35,080 nucleotides of DNA from Octopus bimaculoides (taxonomy: Eukaryota). The notes beneath the pieces are model-generated. The model worked only from the letters and a program-made list of their open reading frames with translations, made no database searches and was not told the DNA's origin. This document shows, piece by piece, positions 1 to 11,399 of the stretch (positions are counted from its first letter, which is position 1; each line of letters starts with the position of its first letter). The translations under genes were made by a program, and so were the position numbers. The DNA is taken from NCBI RefSeq assembly GCF_001194135.2, contig NC_068981.1:2152988-2188067 (forward strand). Reading direction: 5' to 3'.

Positions 1-769
1 TATATATGCATACACACACACACACATTTACATACGTAACAAGAGGGAGAAAGAAAGGGAAGTTTTATATTCTTAATTTTTAATTTCTCACACTCCGCCC
101 GTTCAATTTATTGAAGTGTGTAGGAGCATGGATTATATATGTAGAACGTAGTTATGGCATAAGTCATGTTCCTCTCGAAACAGCTGTCAAAGTAGGACTA
201 TTATATAACTGCATTCGCTGTTCCGTACTCTTTAGTTTGTACTCCATGAAAACATATACATCGTGTATTATATATCCATTACGGCGTATCTTACTAATCG
301 GTTTCGCATTAGGGGTTCAACGGAGTGTTAGGTATCTGTCCGATTATGTAACCCTACACTCATCAAAGGTAGATGATATATGACCATTATAGTTCGCTTG
401 AAACGTTGTAGTACAGAAGTTGAAAAAGAAAAGAAAAGAAAAGAAAGCTTCTAACAATACAAAAAGTTTTACAAAAATCTTCTTTATATTTTCGGTGCAA
501 AGGCCAATCTTCAGAAGGAAGCAGTACTAGAAATGTCTAGTTACATCGATTTCGTTATTTTCTTTTTAACTGCTCGGCATCTGATTTAGCAGCAGCAACA
601 ATTTTCCATCTGTTGGTCGTTGTGACGTATTTTCACGTGATGGTGTTGGTGGTGGTGGTGGAAGATGGTGTTGGTGGTGTATGTTATAATGCTGGTTGTA
701 GTCGCCGTGATGTGTTATAGGAGCCACCGGCCCATATCTGATCGACTCTTAATTTTCGGATTGAGGTGG

Positions 770-2720
770 TGAATCAATATAGCTTCTTTGATACGAAGAT
801 TTCCTCAAGCCTAAGTTCATCCTGACACAAAGGCTCAACGACAAGTTGAATCTTGACATCATGACCAACTTCTATCGTACAGCATACTGACTCAAATGGA
901 TCTCCAGCCCTGAGGTTCCCATTGACCCCGCCACTTGGGGCACTGACCATTTCCTTCCCCAAAAATTTCCTGTCTATCACCATGACACCACGCACCTCCC
1001 ACCCCCACTAACGCCAATTAAAAAGCAAACTTTCTAAGCAGAAACAGTCCATTTTCACCATCCTGGACAAACACGCCAATTCCTTCCCACCCAACCTTTC
1101 CAAGACACGAATCACCAGGAGACACAATAAAACTTAGGTCGAAGGACCTGGTCTACCTCTCCTCCAACAAAGCCAGAGAATTTTGCATCATTACACAGCA
1201 CACATATAACAATTTAATGTTCCAACACCTCAACAACAACAGTAATCTACGCTGAAGTCTCCCGAGTCACTGCGACCGTAATGGAGGACCTACCTTATCA
1301 ATAACACCTGAACCAACATCTGTAACCGGTGTCATCTTACTGCGACGATCAAAAGGAACCTCCCCAAATGCAACAGTAGGATGCCTACGTTTTACCATCT
1401 AATCAAGACCTAACCTCCACATAAGACCTATAATCTCCGGCATAGAGGGACCATTTTACAAGGTTTCGTGGTTCCTCAATGGCCCGGACGAGATCATTCA
1501 ACGACTGCCTCGTCTCAATCCTGACACCTTCAGAAGCAACAGATACACCTTCAGCTTAGACGTGGCTCCGCTATACATCTCGGTTCCTGTCCTTCCCGCG
1601 GCAGACCTGATCACAGAATGCGTTGCCTTCTCAAACTCACACTGTTTCGGACTTACCTCCTCCGACATCCACCAGCTACTATCAGTCATCATTACCAACA
1701 CACACTTCGATTTCCTTGGCAACACGCTTAAGCAGTGTTCAGGCCTGCCTATGGGTTCCGGCCTCTCAGGTCTGCTCGCTATCATTTACTTAGACTGACT
1801 GGAGCATAGAATACTCATACCACTCGTGCACCTTCTTCACCAGGTATATGGATGCATCCTCGCATTCACCCCATCCCATGAGGATGCCTCCACAATACTA
1901 AGGCATTTCAATAAGATGGACCCACACATTAGCTTCACCATTGAACACCCAAACAACGATGGTTCCCCCTCCTTGCTTGACTTTCTGCTAAACATCACGG
2001 ACGAGGGGAAAATTGACATGGTGTTCTACCGAAAATCATCCTGCCCGTACCTCTCCATCCGTTACAAGTCGCGGCTCTCCACATCAGGGATAAGGTAAGT
2101 CAGGTACATAACGAGATCGCCTGGATACACAAGAGATGAAGTAACAACACCAGCCAAGACGCACGTGTTGCTCGATTCCTAAAGGTTCTTGAGAATAACG
2201 GACACCCGACGTCCGTTGTTAATTCCATCCGAGAGCACAAGCCAAATAAAGGCAAAGGGGATCTCTCTAAGACCTGCATCTTGAAGATTCCCCACTTTAA
2301 TTCGAGGACCATATCTGCCATTTACAAAGCCATCGGCTGGGAAGGCCTCGACAGCCTACTGGCCCATTCAGGACCATCCCTACGTAAACACCTATCAACG
2401 AGGTGGTCACGCACAGAAAAACCGCCCTGCACACAAGCGAACTGCCCGATTTGCAACACAAACATGTGTCGATGTGCATACGTAGTGTATACCAGATGTT
2501 CCAGATGCAACAACTGTTTACATCGGTTGCACAGTCCGACCAATCCATGTCCGAATGAAGGAGCGCCTTATTACCGACGCGTCCTGCCTTCTGCGAACAC
2601 TTAACCAAATGCGTCAACACTACCAAAGGGAGAGACGCCTTCAGACCGAGGAGCCTCTAGGAAGTCTTTTACTCTGTCAGAAATAGCAACCAAATCCTCA
2701 TCAAATGCTACCACAATGTC
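770..2720 (+). mobile_element. Decayed Penelope-like retroelement (RT + GIY-YIG), with frameshifts and stops; ends approximate
   Basis: RT motifs HIRPIISGIEGP (about 1418-1453), LDVAPLYISVP, KQCSGLPMGSGLSGLLAIIYLD. Thumb region FNKMDPHISFTIE...LLDF...FYRK. Linker C-x4-C-x2-C (CTQANCPIC). Endonuclease VVY-x-x-CSRC, then after a frameshift YIGCTVRPIHVRMKE. Confidence 0.92.
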
Positions 2721-3320
2721 TTGAAAATGATGCACTTACACAGTTTTATGGTCAAGGTTCAATCATAGTTCACCTGGAATTAAACAACATTTTATAAGTT
2801 TATATATATAATAGTAAATGTTTTGAGTCTCGAATCCGACGAAAAGCATTGATGACATGAAGTAGGAAAAGCTTTTCACGAGACCAAATAAACTCATTTA
2901 AAGTTTAAATACAAGAACCATTCGGACGCTAACAGAATCAAAGGTTTTATAATGCAGGGGAAATAACTCGGTAAATTTTATTATATTATCTCCCTTTACT
3001 TTATTTCACAATATATTTTAGATTTTTTAGATTTTTTTAAATTTCGCTTCAACAGTATAACAGGCATATTCTTAATTTTCTTGAGCCCATTCATGACAGC
3101 AAATGGCCACAAAGTTGACTGTAATTATATAAATATATATTCGACCAAGGCTTGGTTCCCGTATCATCCGGCTTCAACAAAAATCATGGTTGCATCACAG
3201 CACAACACTAAGACAGAACTATTTCACTTCAGCTGATTCTGCTCTCGTTAACACCATACCAAGATAAATAAGGGAAGGAAAAAATGGTCATAAACATTCA
3301 AACGGGTCCTGAAATAACAA

Positions 3321-3376
<56 letters not shown>

Positions 3377-3429
3377 ATATGAGATTTACCAAGTGAACCA
3401 TGATGAAAAAAGTATGGGAAAGATATAGT

Positions 3430-3514
3430 ATATAATTGTTTTTGTGCAGGGGCTCCTTGAGGCATGCAATTTATTTTAAGGGTTACGCAGGAGGGAAAAG
3501 GTTGAGAAACACTG
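3430..3514. mobile_element. Single end of a hAT-like element
   Basis: GGTTGAGAAACACTG (3500-3514) is the inverse of CAGTGTTTCTCAACC, a typical hAT terminus. A similar end lies at 5226-5240. Partner ends were not found. Confidence 0.4.
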
Positions 3515-4564
3515 CTCTAAAGTATTAGAGCAAAAATATATGTTTTAGGACGTTAAATGTTATGGCCAGTCATAGAGTGACCATTGGTTTCACCCCTATA
3601 AAGCGATTAGTGGTGTAGGCGACTTGTGAGGCTCAAATGGCCGAAGGCGGACGATCCCTCAGCAACTGGTGGAACGGCATAAGAGACCGATAGAATAAGT
3701 ACTAGGCTTACAAAGAATAAGTCCCGGGGTCGATTTGCTTGACTAATGGCGGTGCTCCAGTATGGCCACAGTCAAATGACTGAAACAAGTAAAAGAGTAT
3801 ATATGTATATGTGTGTGTGTATATATANNNNNNNNNNNNNNNNNNNNNNNNNNNNNNNNNNNNNNNNNNNNNNNNNNNNNNNNNNNNNNNNNNNNNNNNN
3901 NNNNNNNNNNNNNNNNNNNNNNNNNNNNNNNNNNNNNNNNNNNNNNNNNNNNNNNNNNNNNNNNNNNNNNNNNNNNNNNNNNNNNNNNNNNNNNNNNNNN
4001 NNNNNNNNNNNNNNNNNNNNNNNNNNNNNNNNNNNNNNNNNNNNNNNNNNNNNNNNNNNNNNNNNNNNNNNNNNNNNNNNNNNNNNNNNNNNNNNNNNNN
4101 NNNNNNNNNNNNNNNNNNNNNNNNNNNNNNNNNNNNNNNNNNNNNNNNNNNNNNNNNNNNNNNNNNNNNNNNNNNNNNNNNNNNNNNNNNNNNNNNNNNN
4201 NNNNNNNNNNNNNNNNNNNNNNNNNNNNNNNNNNNNNNNNNNNNNNNNNNNNNNNNNNNNNNNNNNNNNNNNNNNNNNNNNNNNNNNNNNNNNNNNNNNN
4301 NNNNNNNNNNNNNNNNNNNNNNNNNNNNNNNNNNNNNNNNNNNNNNNNNNNNNNNNNNNNNNNNNNNNNNNNNNNNNNNNNNNNNNNNNNNNNNNNNNNN
4401 NNNNNNNNNNNNNNNNNNNNNNNNNNNNNNNNNNNNNNNNCAAACATGTAATAATAAATTACTTAAAAGAAGACTGTTTATAATAATGAATAAATCACAC
4501 TCATAACGGAGGGGGTTGCAAAATCCGTTACATGTTTAGAAATAGCAGTCAAGACTGCTATAAA

Positions 4565-4776
4565 CCTTTCTATTATAGGCACAAGGCCTGAAATTTTGGG
4601 GGAGGGGGCCAGTCGATTAGATCGATCCCAGTACGCAACTGGTACTTAATTTATCGAGCCCGAAAGGATGAAAGGCAAAGTCGACCGCGGCAGAATTTGA
4701 ACTCAGAACATAAAGACAGACGAAATACCGTTAAGCATTTCGCCCGGCATGCTAACGTTTCTGCCAGCTCGCCGTC
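4565..4776 (-). mobile_element. tRNA-derived SINE family A (GGCGGCGAGCTGGCAGAA head)
   Basis: B box GAGTTCAAATTC; homologous copies at 8812-8997, 13523-13733, 24627-24813, about 9925-10000 and about 31270-31460. Confidence 0.85.
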
Positions 4777-5530
4777 TTGTCAAGACCATTATAAAGCCAC
4801 TATCATCACTCATATTTTATTTCCTCAGAATAAAGCTGTCTGCGAGCGACATGACATAAAATCCACAATTCAAAAATAAAAGGTTAATTCTCAATTGCAA
4901 TTTCGAAGTTAGGAACCTATTATACCACATTATATACCGTATCGTAAAATAAATCGCAATCCTCTCCGTTATAATTATGATTTATTCATAATTATAAATA
5001 CTATTCTTATGTATATACATATATATATATATATATATATAGATAGATAGATAGATATAGATATAGATATAGATATAGTTAGGTAGGTAGGATGATGTCT
5101 GTATTACAATAATGTTGTGCAGGTATAGTAATATTACGATCATGAAACTAGCATTAGCCTATCTCATTCTTTTTCACGGAACCCCTAGGAACCTTTTGCG
5201 GACCCTAGGGTTCCGGAGGGACCCTGGTTGATAAACGTTGCATTAGAGTGTGCGTCTTTTTCGGATATATGAACTACTGACAATATATATAGACAGGGTG
5301 TGGCAGACATGTTGCCCCGACTTCAAAGGTTAATAAAAAACAAACACATGAAGATACAAGGAAAAAATGATGCTCTCCACTCCAGGCCAAGGCAGGTACT
5401 GACTGAAACAGGAAAAGAAAATGGCATTTAAGGAAGTTCATAGAAATACAAAGTTTTTTCAAGCACCTTCATGTGTTCATGTTTTATTAACCTTTGAAAT
5501 CGGGGCGGTCTTTTTGCCGCAGCCTGTATA

Positions 5531-6015
5531 CCGTAAATCCTCGAGTATAGTCCGCCCTTGAGTATAATACGCAGGAAATTTTTAGGGGGCTGTACCTCTG
5601 AAAAACCTAAACTTTATGTATAATACGCACCCCTTCTCTAACTTGAGTCAAGGAGGTCTGTATAACGTCCTTTTTGTAAACATATATACGGTAATGTCCT
5701 TTATTATTATTGTATATATAACATAATGCAAACGTGAAGCTTTTTTGTGCACTTTGTTTGCAGAAAATAAAGAAATAACAGTAATAAAGTCAGTGAAAAA
5801 TAAATATTAAGTAAATTGCCTTTGCATACTTATTACTATCAGTTACAAGCCCGATATCACAAAATGAGTCTGAATAAACATTGCCGGACAGCAAATAGAG
5901 ACTCAGACATTGCTTAGAAAATATTTTTCATTTTTAACCTCGTATATAGTACGCACTAGGGATTTTGACCTTTAAATTTTGGGGGAAAATGCGGATTATA
6001 CTCGAGGATTTACAG
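5531..6015. mobile_element. Tc1/mariner-type MITE
   Basis: 25-bp TIR CCGTAAATCCTCGAGTATAGTCCGC versus reverse complement CTGTAAATCCTCGAGTATAATCCGC (2 mismatches); TA on both flanks. Confidence 0.88.
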
Positions 6016-6844
6016 TATATACATAAGTCAAATAACTCCGGTTATTTTCTAGTTTTTGTCGTGTACGGGAGACAACTCCGTATGTAGTCATCTTATGTTA
6101 ATCCTATCAGAGCAACCACGACTTCAACAAACCAGCCGAAGCGGTGAATAAAGGAATGGCTAAATGAACGCAAACTATTTTCTAATACAATGAGTTTATT
6201 GCGTACAGTATTGCAACATTTCTTCTACAACATTTGTGTCGTAACAACAATGTATGGTCACCAAGGGTGGCAGTTTATCAATTCGGTCACTGACGCCGCA
6301 GTCACCACCACCACCACCATTATCACCTTCATCAGCACCACCTCCATCATCATAACTATGGCAGTTTATCAATCCGCTCACTACCACCACCACCACCATC
6401 CTCGTCATTACTATCATCACCATTTTACATCCACTCTCTATATTGGTTTCAAATTTTGGCACAAGGCCAGCAATTTTGAGGAGGCACTCAATCGATTGCG
6501 TTGGCCCAAAGTACTCAGCAGCATTTGCCCACTCTTTAGTTCTTAAGCCTGGGTAACTTATTCTATCAGTCTGTTTTTGTCAAACTGCTAAACTATAGAG
6601 ACATAAAACACATGTCGCTGTAACTTAGCAGTCTGGCGAAAGAGAGCAGAGTGCCAGGCTTGAAACAGGAAAAGAAAAAAGGAAAAAAGAAATACTGGGA
6701 CTGATTAATTCAACTAAAAATTCTTCTTGGCGTTGTTCCAGCATGGCCACAGTCTAATGACAGAAACATGTAAAAGACAATAGATAAAAGATAAAAGCAT
6801 GTCAATTTTGCAATAGATTGTGTTTGGGGGCTTCAAGGACTTTA

Positions 6845-7115
6845 CTCCAGTCCACACTGTAGAGTGGTTGGCATTTGGAAGGGCATGCAGCTGTAGAAAC
6901 CTTGCCAAAACTGACCTCGCCAGTGTTTGTGCTGCGTAAAAAGCACTCAGTCCACTCTGCCGAGTGGTTGACGTTAGGAAGAGCATCCAACCATTAAAAC
7001 CATGCAAAAACAGTCACAGAAGTCTGGTGGAGGCTCCTGCCTGGCCAGCTCCTGTCAACCTGTCCCACCCATGCCAGCATGGAAAGCAGACGTTAAAACG
7101 ATGATGACGACGATG
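6845..7115 (+). mobile_element. Family C interspersed repeat ((GAT)n-tailed; strand defined by the tail)
   Basis: GAGTGGTTGGC.TTAGGAAGGGCATCCAGC...CATGCCAGCATGGAAAGC.GACGTTAAA(C)GATGATG; at least 14 copies in the window. Opposite-orientation partial copies at 7765-7862 and 8195-8310. Confidence 0.85.
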
Positions 7116-7570
7116 ACAGAGGCCACACTTCACTTGTTTAATCTTCATTCTTTGAGTAAAAGCCCAGACACCATACTAACCTTATTCAGTCAGTTGAAAA
7201 GTTTAACTGTTTTTTTTTCTATTTCACTTCCAAGTAAGAAAGAGATAATTGTGAGGACGAACGAAACAGGATAAAAACGAGTAAATGACAAAACGAAGAT
7301 AAACTATAAATAAACATTTTATTTACATTTGAACGTGTTGAATGCAGATATAAAACACACACACACACATATATATATATGTGTGTGTGTGTGTGTGTAT
7401 ACCTATATAAATATAAGTATACTGCTAATTTCAGGGCAGTTGAGGGTCAGCAAAACATCAAGACTTTCAAACCATGTGATGTACCTGTGTGTGTGTGTGT
7501 GTGTTAAATTCAATTTATGTTGAAAGTCAGCAGACAAAGTTTGCTTCAGAAGCGTCGAGATGTATTGAAA

Positions 7571-7755
7571 GATACGGATAAGGAAATAATTTTATTCTCA
7601 AACGCAGGAGAATGCTAATAATATAGCAGGAACAGGAGAAACTCTCCAGATTTTGCAGAAAAATCTATCAGCATCCAGATTTTTCTGCAAAATCTGGAGA
7701 GTTTATTAGCATCATCCAGCATTTGAGAATAAAATTATTTCCTTACCTGTATATC
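7571..7755. repeat. Foldback palindrome / MITE-like hairpin
   Basis: Perfect 28-bp arms at 7639-7666/7677-7704 with a 10-nt loop, plus perfect 24-bp arms at 7579-7602/7722-7745. Confidence 0.9.
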
Positions 7756-8072
7756 ATCATCATCATCATCATCATCATCGTTTAACGTCCGCTTTCCATG
7801 CTGGCATGGGTTGGACGACTTGACTGAGGACTGGTGAAACCGGATGGCAACACCAGGCTCCAAATATTTTCATATATATACACACACACATGTGTGTGTG
7901 TGTATATATATATAAAGATATACACATACATATACATTACATGCACACACACACACACAAAACAACCATATGAGACCAGGATATTCACTTTTCCAACCAC
8001 AGACTTTCAGGTTCAATGTCACTACAGAGTACTGCAAAAGTACTGCATAAGTTTTTTTCTTGTTTGTTATAA

Positions 8073-8114
<42 letters not shown>

Positions 8115-8652
8115 TATATGTGTGTATATGTATACATATAAATGTACATTTGCATATATGTGTGTGTTATATTTGTGTATATGTATACATGATCATCATC
8201 ATCGTTTAACGTCTGCTTTCCATGCTAGCATGGGTTGGACGATTTGACTGAGGACTGGTGATCCAGATGGCTGCACCAGGCTCCAATTTACAGCTGGATG
8301 CCCTTCCTAACGATATGAATGTATATCTGCATATATGTGTGAGTGTGTGTTTGTGTATGCATGTCTGTATATATATATACATACATTCTCTCTCTCTGCT
8401 CACACACACACACACACATATATACATACGCAATATATTCTTGGAACAAATAGGTCTCTCGAATATCAATGGATAAGAAAAATATCAAATAACAAAACAA
8501 AAACAAAGCCAGCTTCAGATATGTCGTGGACATGAATTTGAGGAATATGAGAAGGAGGCGGGGTTGGGAGGGAGGGCGGTGGGTCCTTGTGTATTAAGCA
8601 TTTCATAATCCACTAACAGAAGTTGATGTCAATTCAACATGTTCTTCTTGTT

Positions 8653-8727
8653 TCATACTTCTGCAGGTTCAATACTCATCAAAGTGCCAAATAAGAAATG
8701 TTGGATCACAGGGAATTTGTCTAAAAC
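8653..8727 (-). CDS. PTPA: PTPA last coding exon
   Basis: ttttcag acceptor, then VLDKFPVIQHFLFGTLMSIEPAEV* (KFPVIQHF-x-FG motif); TGA at 8653-8655. Confidence 0.97.
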   Translation of the reverse strand, partial: VLDKFPVIQHFLFGTLMSIEPAEV

Positions 8728-8739
8728 CTGAAAATAAAA

Positions 8740-8788
<49 letters not shown>

Positions 8789-8811
8789 CAATAACAACAT
8801 CAATAATAGTA

Positions 8812-8997
8812 AACCTTTCCATTACAGACACGAGGCCTGAAATCTTGGGGAGGGAGGGAGGTAGTCGGTTACAACGACCCCAGTGAATAGTTGGTACTTA
8901 TTTTATCGACTCCGAAAGTGAAACTCAGCAGAATTTGAACTCAGAGTGTAGCAAAGGACAACATGCTCCTAAGCATTTCGCCTGGCATGCTAACATA
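8812..8997 (-). mobile_element. SINE family A copy in the last PTPA intron
   Basis: Aligns to 4565-4776; flanked by (AAT)n and (AAG)n. Confidence 0.8.
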
Positions 8998-9001
8998 CCT
9001 A

Positions 9002-9083
9002 AAGAAGAAGAAGAAGAAGAAGAAGAAGAAGAAGAAGAAGAAGAAGGAGGAGGAGGAGGAGGAGAAGAAGAAGAAGAAGAAGA
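9002..9083. repeat. (AAG)n/(GAG)n microsatellite
   Basis: Read directly. Other simple repeats: (TG)n 3327-3372, 11340-11375 and 20197-20240; (AAT)n 8745-8810 and 13735-13783; GA-rich 15215-15384 and 32525-32625; (TA)n flanking gap 26837-27801. Confidence 0.97.
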
Positions 9084-9277
9084 ACAGCATTCTGTATATC
9101 TTACTTAGCATGGATATACTGTGATATTGGTCTTGAGGAAGCATCTCATATAGACATATAATGCAAAGGAGATGCTTTCTCAAGACCAATATCAAAGTTC
9201 TGCAGCTTTCTACAGTTTATCCATGCTACAGTTAAGCAAGATATAGAGAATGCTATTCTGAACTAATACTGCTCTCA

Positions 9278-9463
9278 TGCGACCATGAGATAGAGAATAG
9301 GAAGCCAGACATAGTGTTAATTGAGAAAGAAAGCAAACTATGCTGGATCATAGATATAGCATGCCCGGCTGACAACAAGGTATGCGATAAGGAAGAAAGA
9401 AAAGTCGATAGGTATAACAGGTTAGCTTGGGAGGTTAAGCAGTTGTGGTCTATGAAAAAGGTG
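9278..9463 (+). mobile_element. 5'-truncated non-LTR retrotransposon fragment, restriction-like endonuclease (R4/Dong-like)
   Basis: Stop-free 62 codons CDHEIENRKPDIVLIEKESKLCWIIDIACPADNKVCDKEERKVDRYNRLAWEVKQLWSMKKV (PD...D and KE-x-x-K-x-x-x-Y pattern). It is absent from the ORF track and continues into (GGA)n and a gap. Confidence 0.85.
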
Positions 9464-9737
9464 AGAGGAGGGGAGGAGGGGAGAGGAGGATGAGGAGGNN
9501 NNNNNNNNNNNNNNNNNNNNNNNNNNNNNNNNNNNNNNNNNNNNNNNNNNNNNNNNNNNNNNNNNNNNNNNNNNNNNNNNNNNNNNNNNNNNNNNNNNNN
9601 NNNNNNNNNNNNNNNNNNNNNNNNNNNNNNNNNNNNNNNNNNNNNNNNNNNNNNNNNNNNNNNNNNNNNNNNNNNNNNNNNNNNNNNNNNNNNNNNNNNN
9701 NNNNNNNNNNNNNNNNNNNNNNNNNNNNNNNNNNNNN

Positions 9738-9789
9738 CACTGATACTCCAGAGTTGATTGGAATGTTCAAAGAAAGGACCACTTTTCAC
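9738..9789 (-). CDS. PTPA: PTPA exon 9 (3' part lost in N-gap 9499-9737)
   Basis: aaacag acceptor, then VKSGPFFEHSNQLWSIS (compare human MKTGPFAEHSNQLWNIS). Confidence 0.96.
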
Positions 9790-10580
9790 CTGTTTTCAAA
9801 GAAAACCCAAATTAATGCCAACGCTTTCACCATCTTTATTTCAATTGCAATATTATTTTAGTTTAATTAATCAGGACAGAACAGATGGCAACACAAGTTC
9901 TCGTGGAGATTATTATTGAATAATCATTTCGGGGTCGATAAAATTAGTACCAGTTATGCACTGGGGTCGATGTAATCGACTTAATCCCTTCCCCCAAATC
10001 TGAGGCCTAGTGCTTCCACTAGAAATGCATTCGAGTGTTAGGCCTCACAGAGGCAAAGTGGCTTATTTCCTTTTGAGCATTGGGCCTCAAAGAGGCAAAG
10101 TGACCAAGCTTTTTTACAAGAGTTTGAGCCTCATGGAGGGAAAGTGGCTGGGTTTTTTTGAGTGTTGGGCCTCCCTGAGACAATGTCCAAGACCCCCTGT
10201 TTCTACTATAGCCCCAGGCTAATCAAAGCATTGTAAGCTGATCTGGTAGATGGAAATTGAACGAAGCTGTTTCCAACCTTTCGGGAAAACATGTCTAGCT
10301 ATGGGGAAGTATTTATTTTGCTTGGAAACAGGTGAGGCTAGGTGACAGGAAGAGCATCTAGCTGTAGAAAATCTGCCTCAACATATTCCATCTAACCCAT
10401 GCAAGCATAGAAAAGGAACATGATGATGATGGTGATGATGACAGAATCCAAGGAAAATGATAAAAGGTGATGTTAATTGCCTGATTAATCCATATTGTTA
10501 CATTAAGCAAAGTTTCTAGAACATACAACAAAATATTAGACAGAAAGGGAAAAATTAAAACAAAGTAAATTTCAACTCAC

Positions 10581-10681
10581 TTGATTAATGTACTTTATAC
10601 AAGCTAAAAAGATGTAGTCTTGACTAAAATGTTCGTAAATTTCTGGGTTGATAAAGGATTTTGGTAAAATTCGAGGATGAC
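10581..10681 (-). CDS. PTPA: PTPA exon 8
   Basis: tag/gtgagt boundaries, 101 nt, (G)HPRILPKSFINPEIYEHFSQDYIFLACIKYINQ. Confidence 0.96.
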
Positions 10682-10958
10682 CTACAAAAGATTTTTTTTC
10701 AAAATACACATATAATTAGAAACATTTATCAAACAGTTAATTACTGCATTTAACAGCATCTAAGACACCACTTGTTTTCTCAAAAAATGCCTTCAAAAAT
10801 CATCCTAGACATAGGGTCAGGAAGAGGAAGAACAGGGGATGCAAGTGCACCTGCTAAAATTTGTGAAGGTGGGCGGGGGGAATGAAAACGCTTTGAACAT
10901 CCTCCTGAAAAACACTAAGGTGATTGAGAAAAATCAACTGTCATGAAACACAGAGAAC

Positions 10959-11084
10959 GGAATGAGAACATTGCACCCCTGTGGATCAAATAAAGGATTA
11001 GGTTTGAAATTCTAATATCACAACTGAGTTCCACACAAGACACTTGTGAAGAAGGCTGGAGAAAACAACAGCTAAAATGTAGTG
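10959..11084 (+). mobile_element. PLE-like 3' end remnant with degenerate hammerhead
   Basis: GMRTLHPCGSNKGLGLKF* resembles the T-L-x-P-x-G-x-N C-terminus of many PLE ORFs. It is followed by caagacacttGTGAAGAAGGCTGGag...CAGCTAAAATGTAGTG. Confidence 0.6.
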
Positions 11085-11089
11085 AAATC

Positions 11090-11330
11090 AATTCAAGATG
11101 GGGACACCGGTCTGATTAATAGTGACCTCACCTGTGCTTGTGCCATGTAAAAAGCACCAAGCCCACTCTGCTGAGCGGTTGGTGTTAGGAAGGGCATCCA
11201 GCTGTAGAAACATTGCCAAAACAGTCACAGAAGTACGGTGCAGGCTTCTTCCAGACCGGCTCTTGTGAAACCATCCCATCCATGCCAAAATGGAAGGCAG
11301 ATGTTAAACAATGATGATGATGATGATGAT
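11090..11330 (+). mobile_element. Family C repeat
   Basis: Same diagnostic blocks and (GAT)n tail; another + copy at about 11960-12185. Confidence 0.8.
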
Positions 11331-11337
11331 GGGTGCT

Positions 11338-11377
<40 letters not shown>

Positions 11378-11399
11378 CATCATTTTCTTGTAGATCATT

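Noticed and set aside
1796-1798. In-frame TGA in the PLE RT as a possible selenocysteine or readthrough codon
   Set aside because: The element has multiple frameshifts and other stops; a CGA-to-TGA decay is the simpler explanation.
2849-2884. TTGATGA...GAGAC just 3' of the PLE ORF as its terminal hammerhead
   Set aside because: Both core boxes are mutated and the stems are unconvincing; the position is suggestive but the sequence alone cannot support it.
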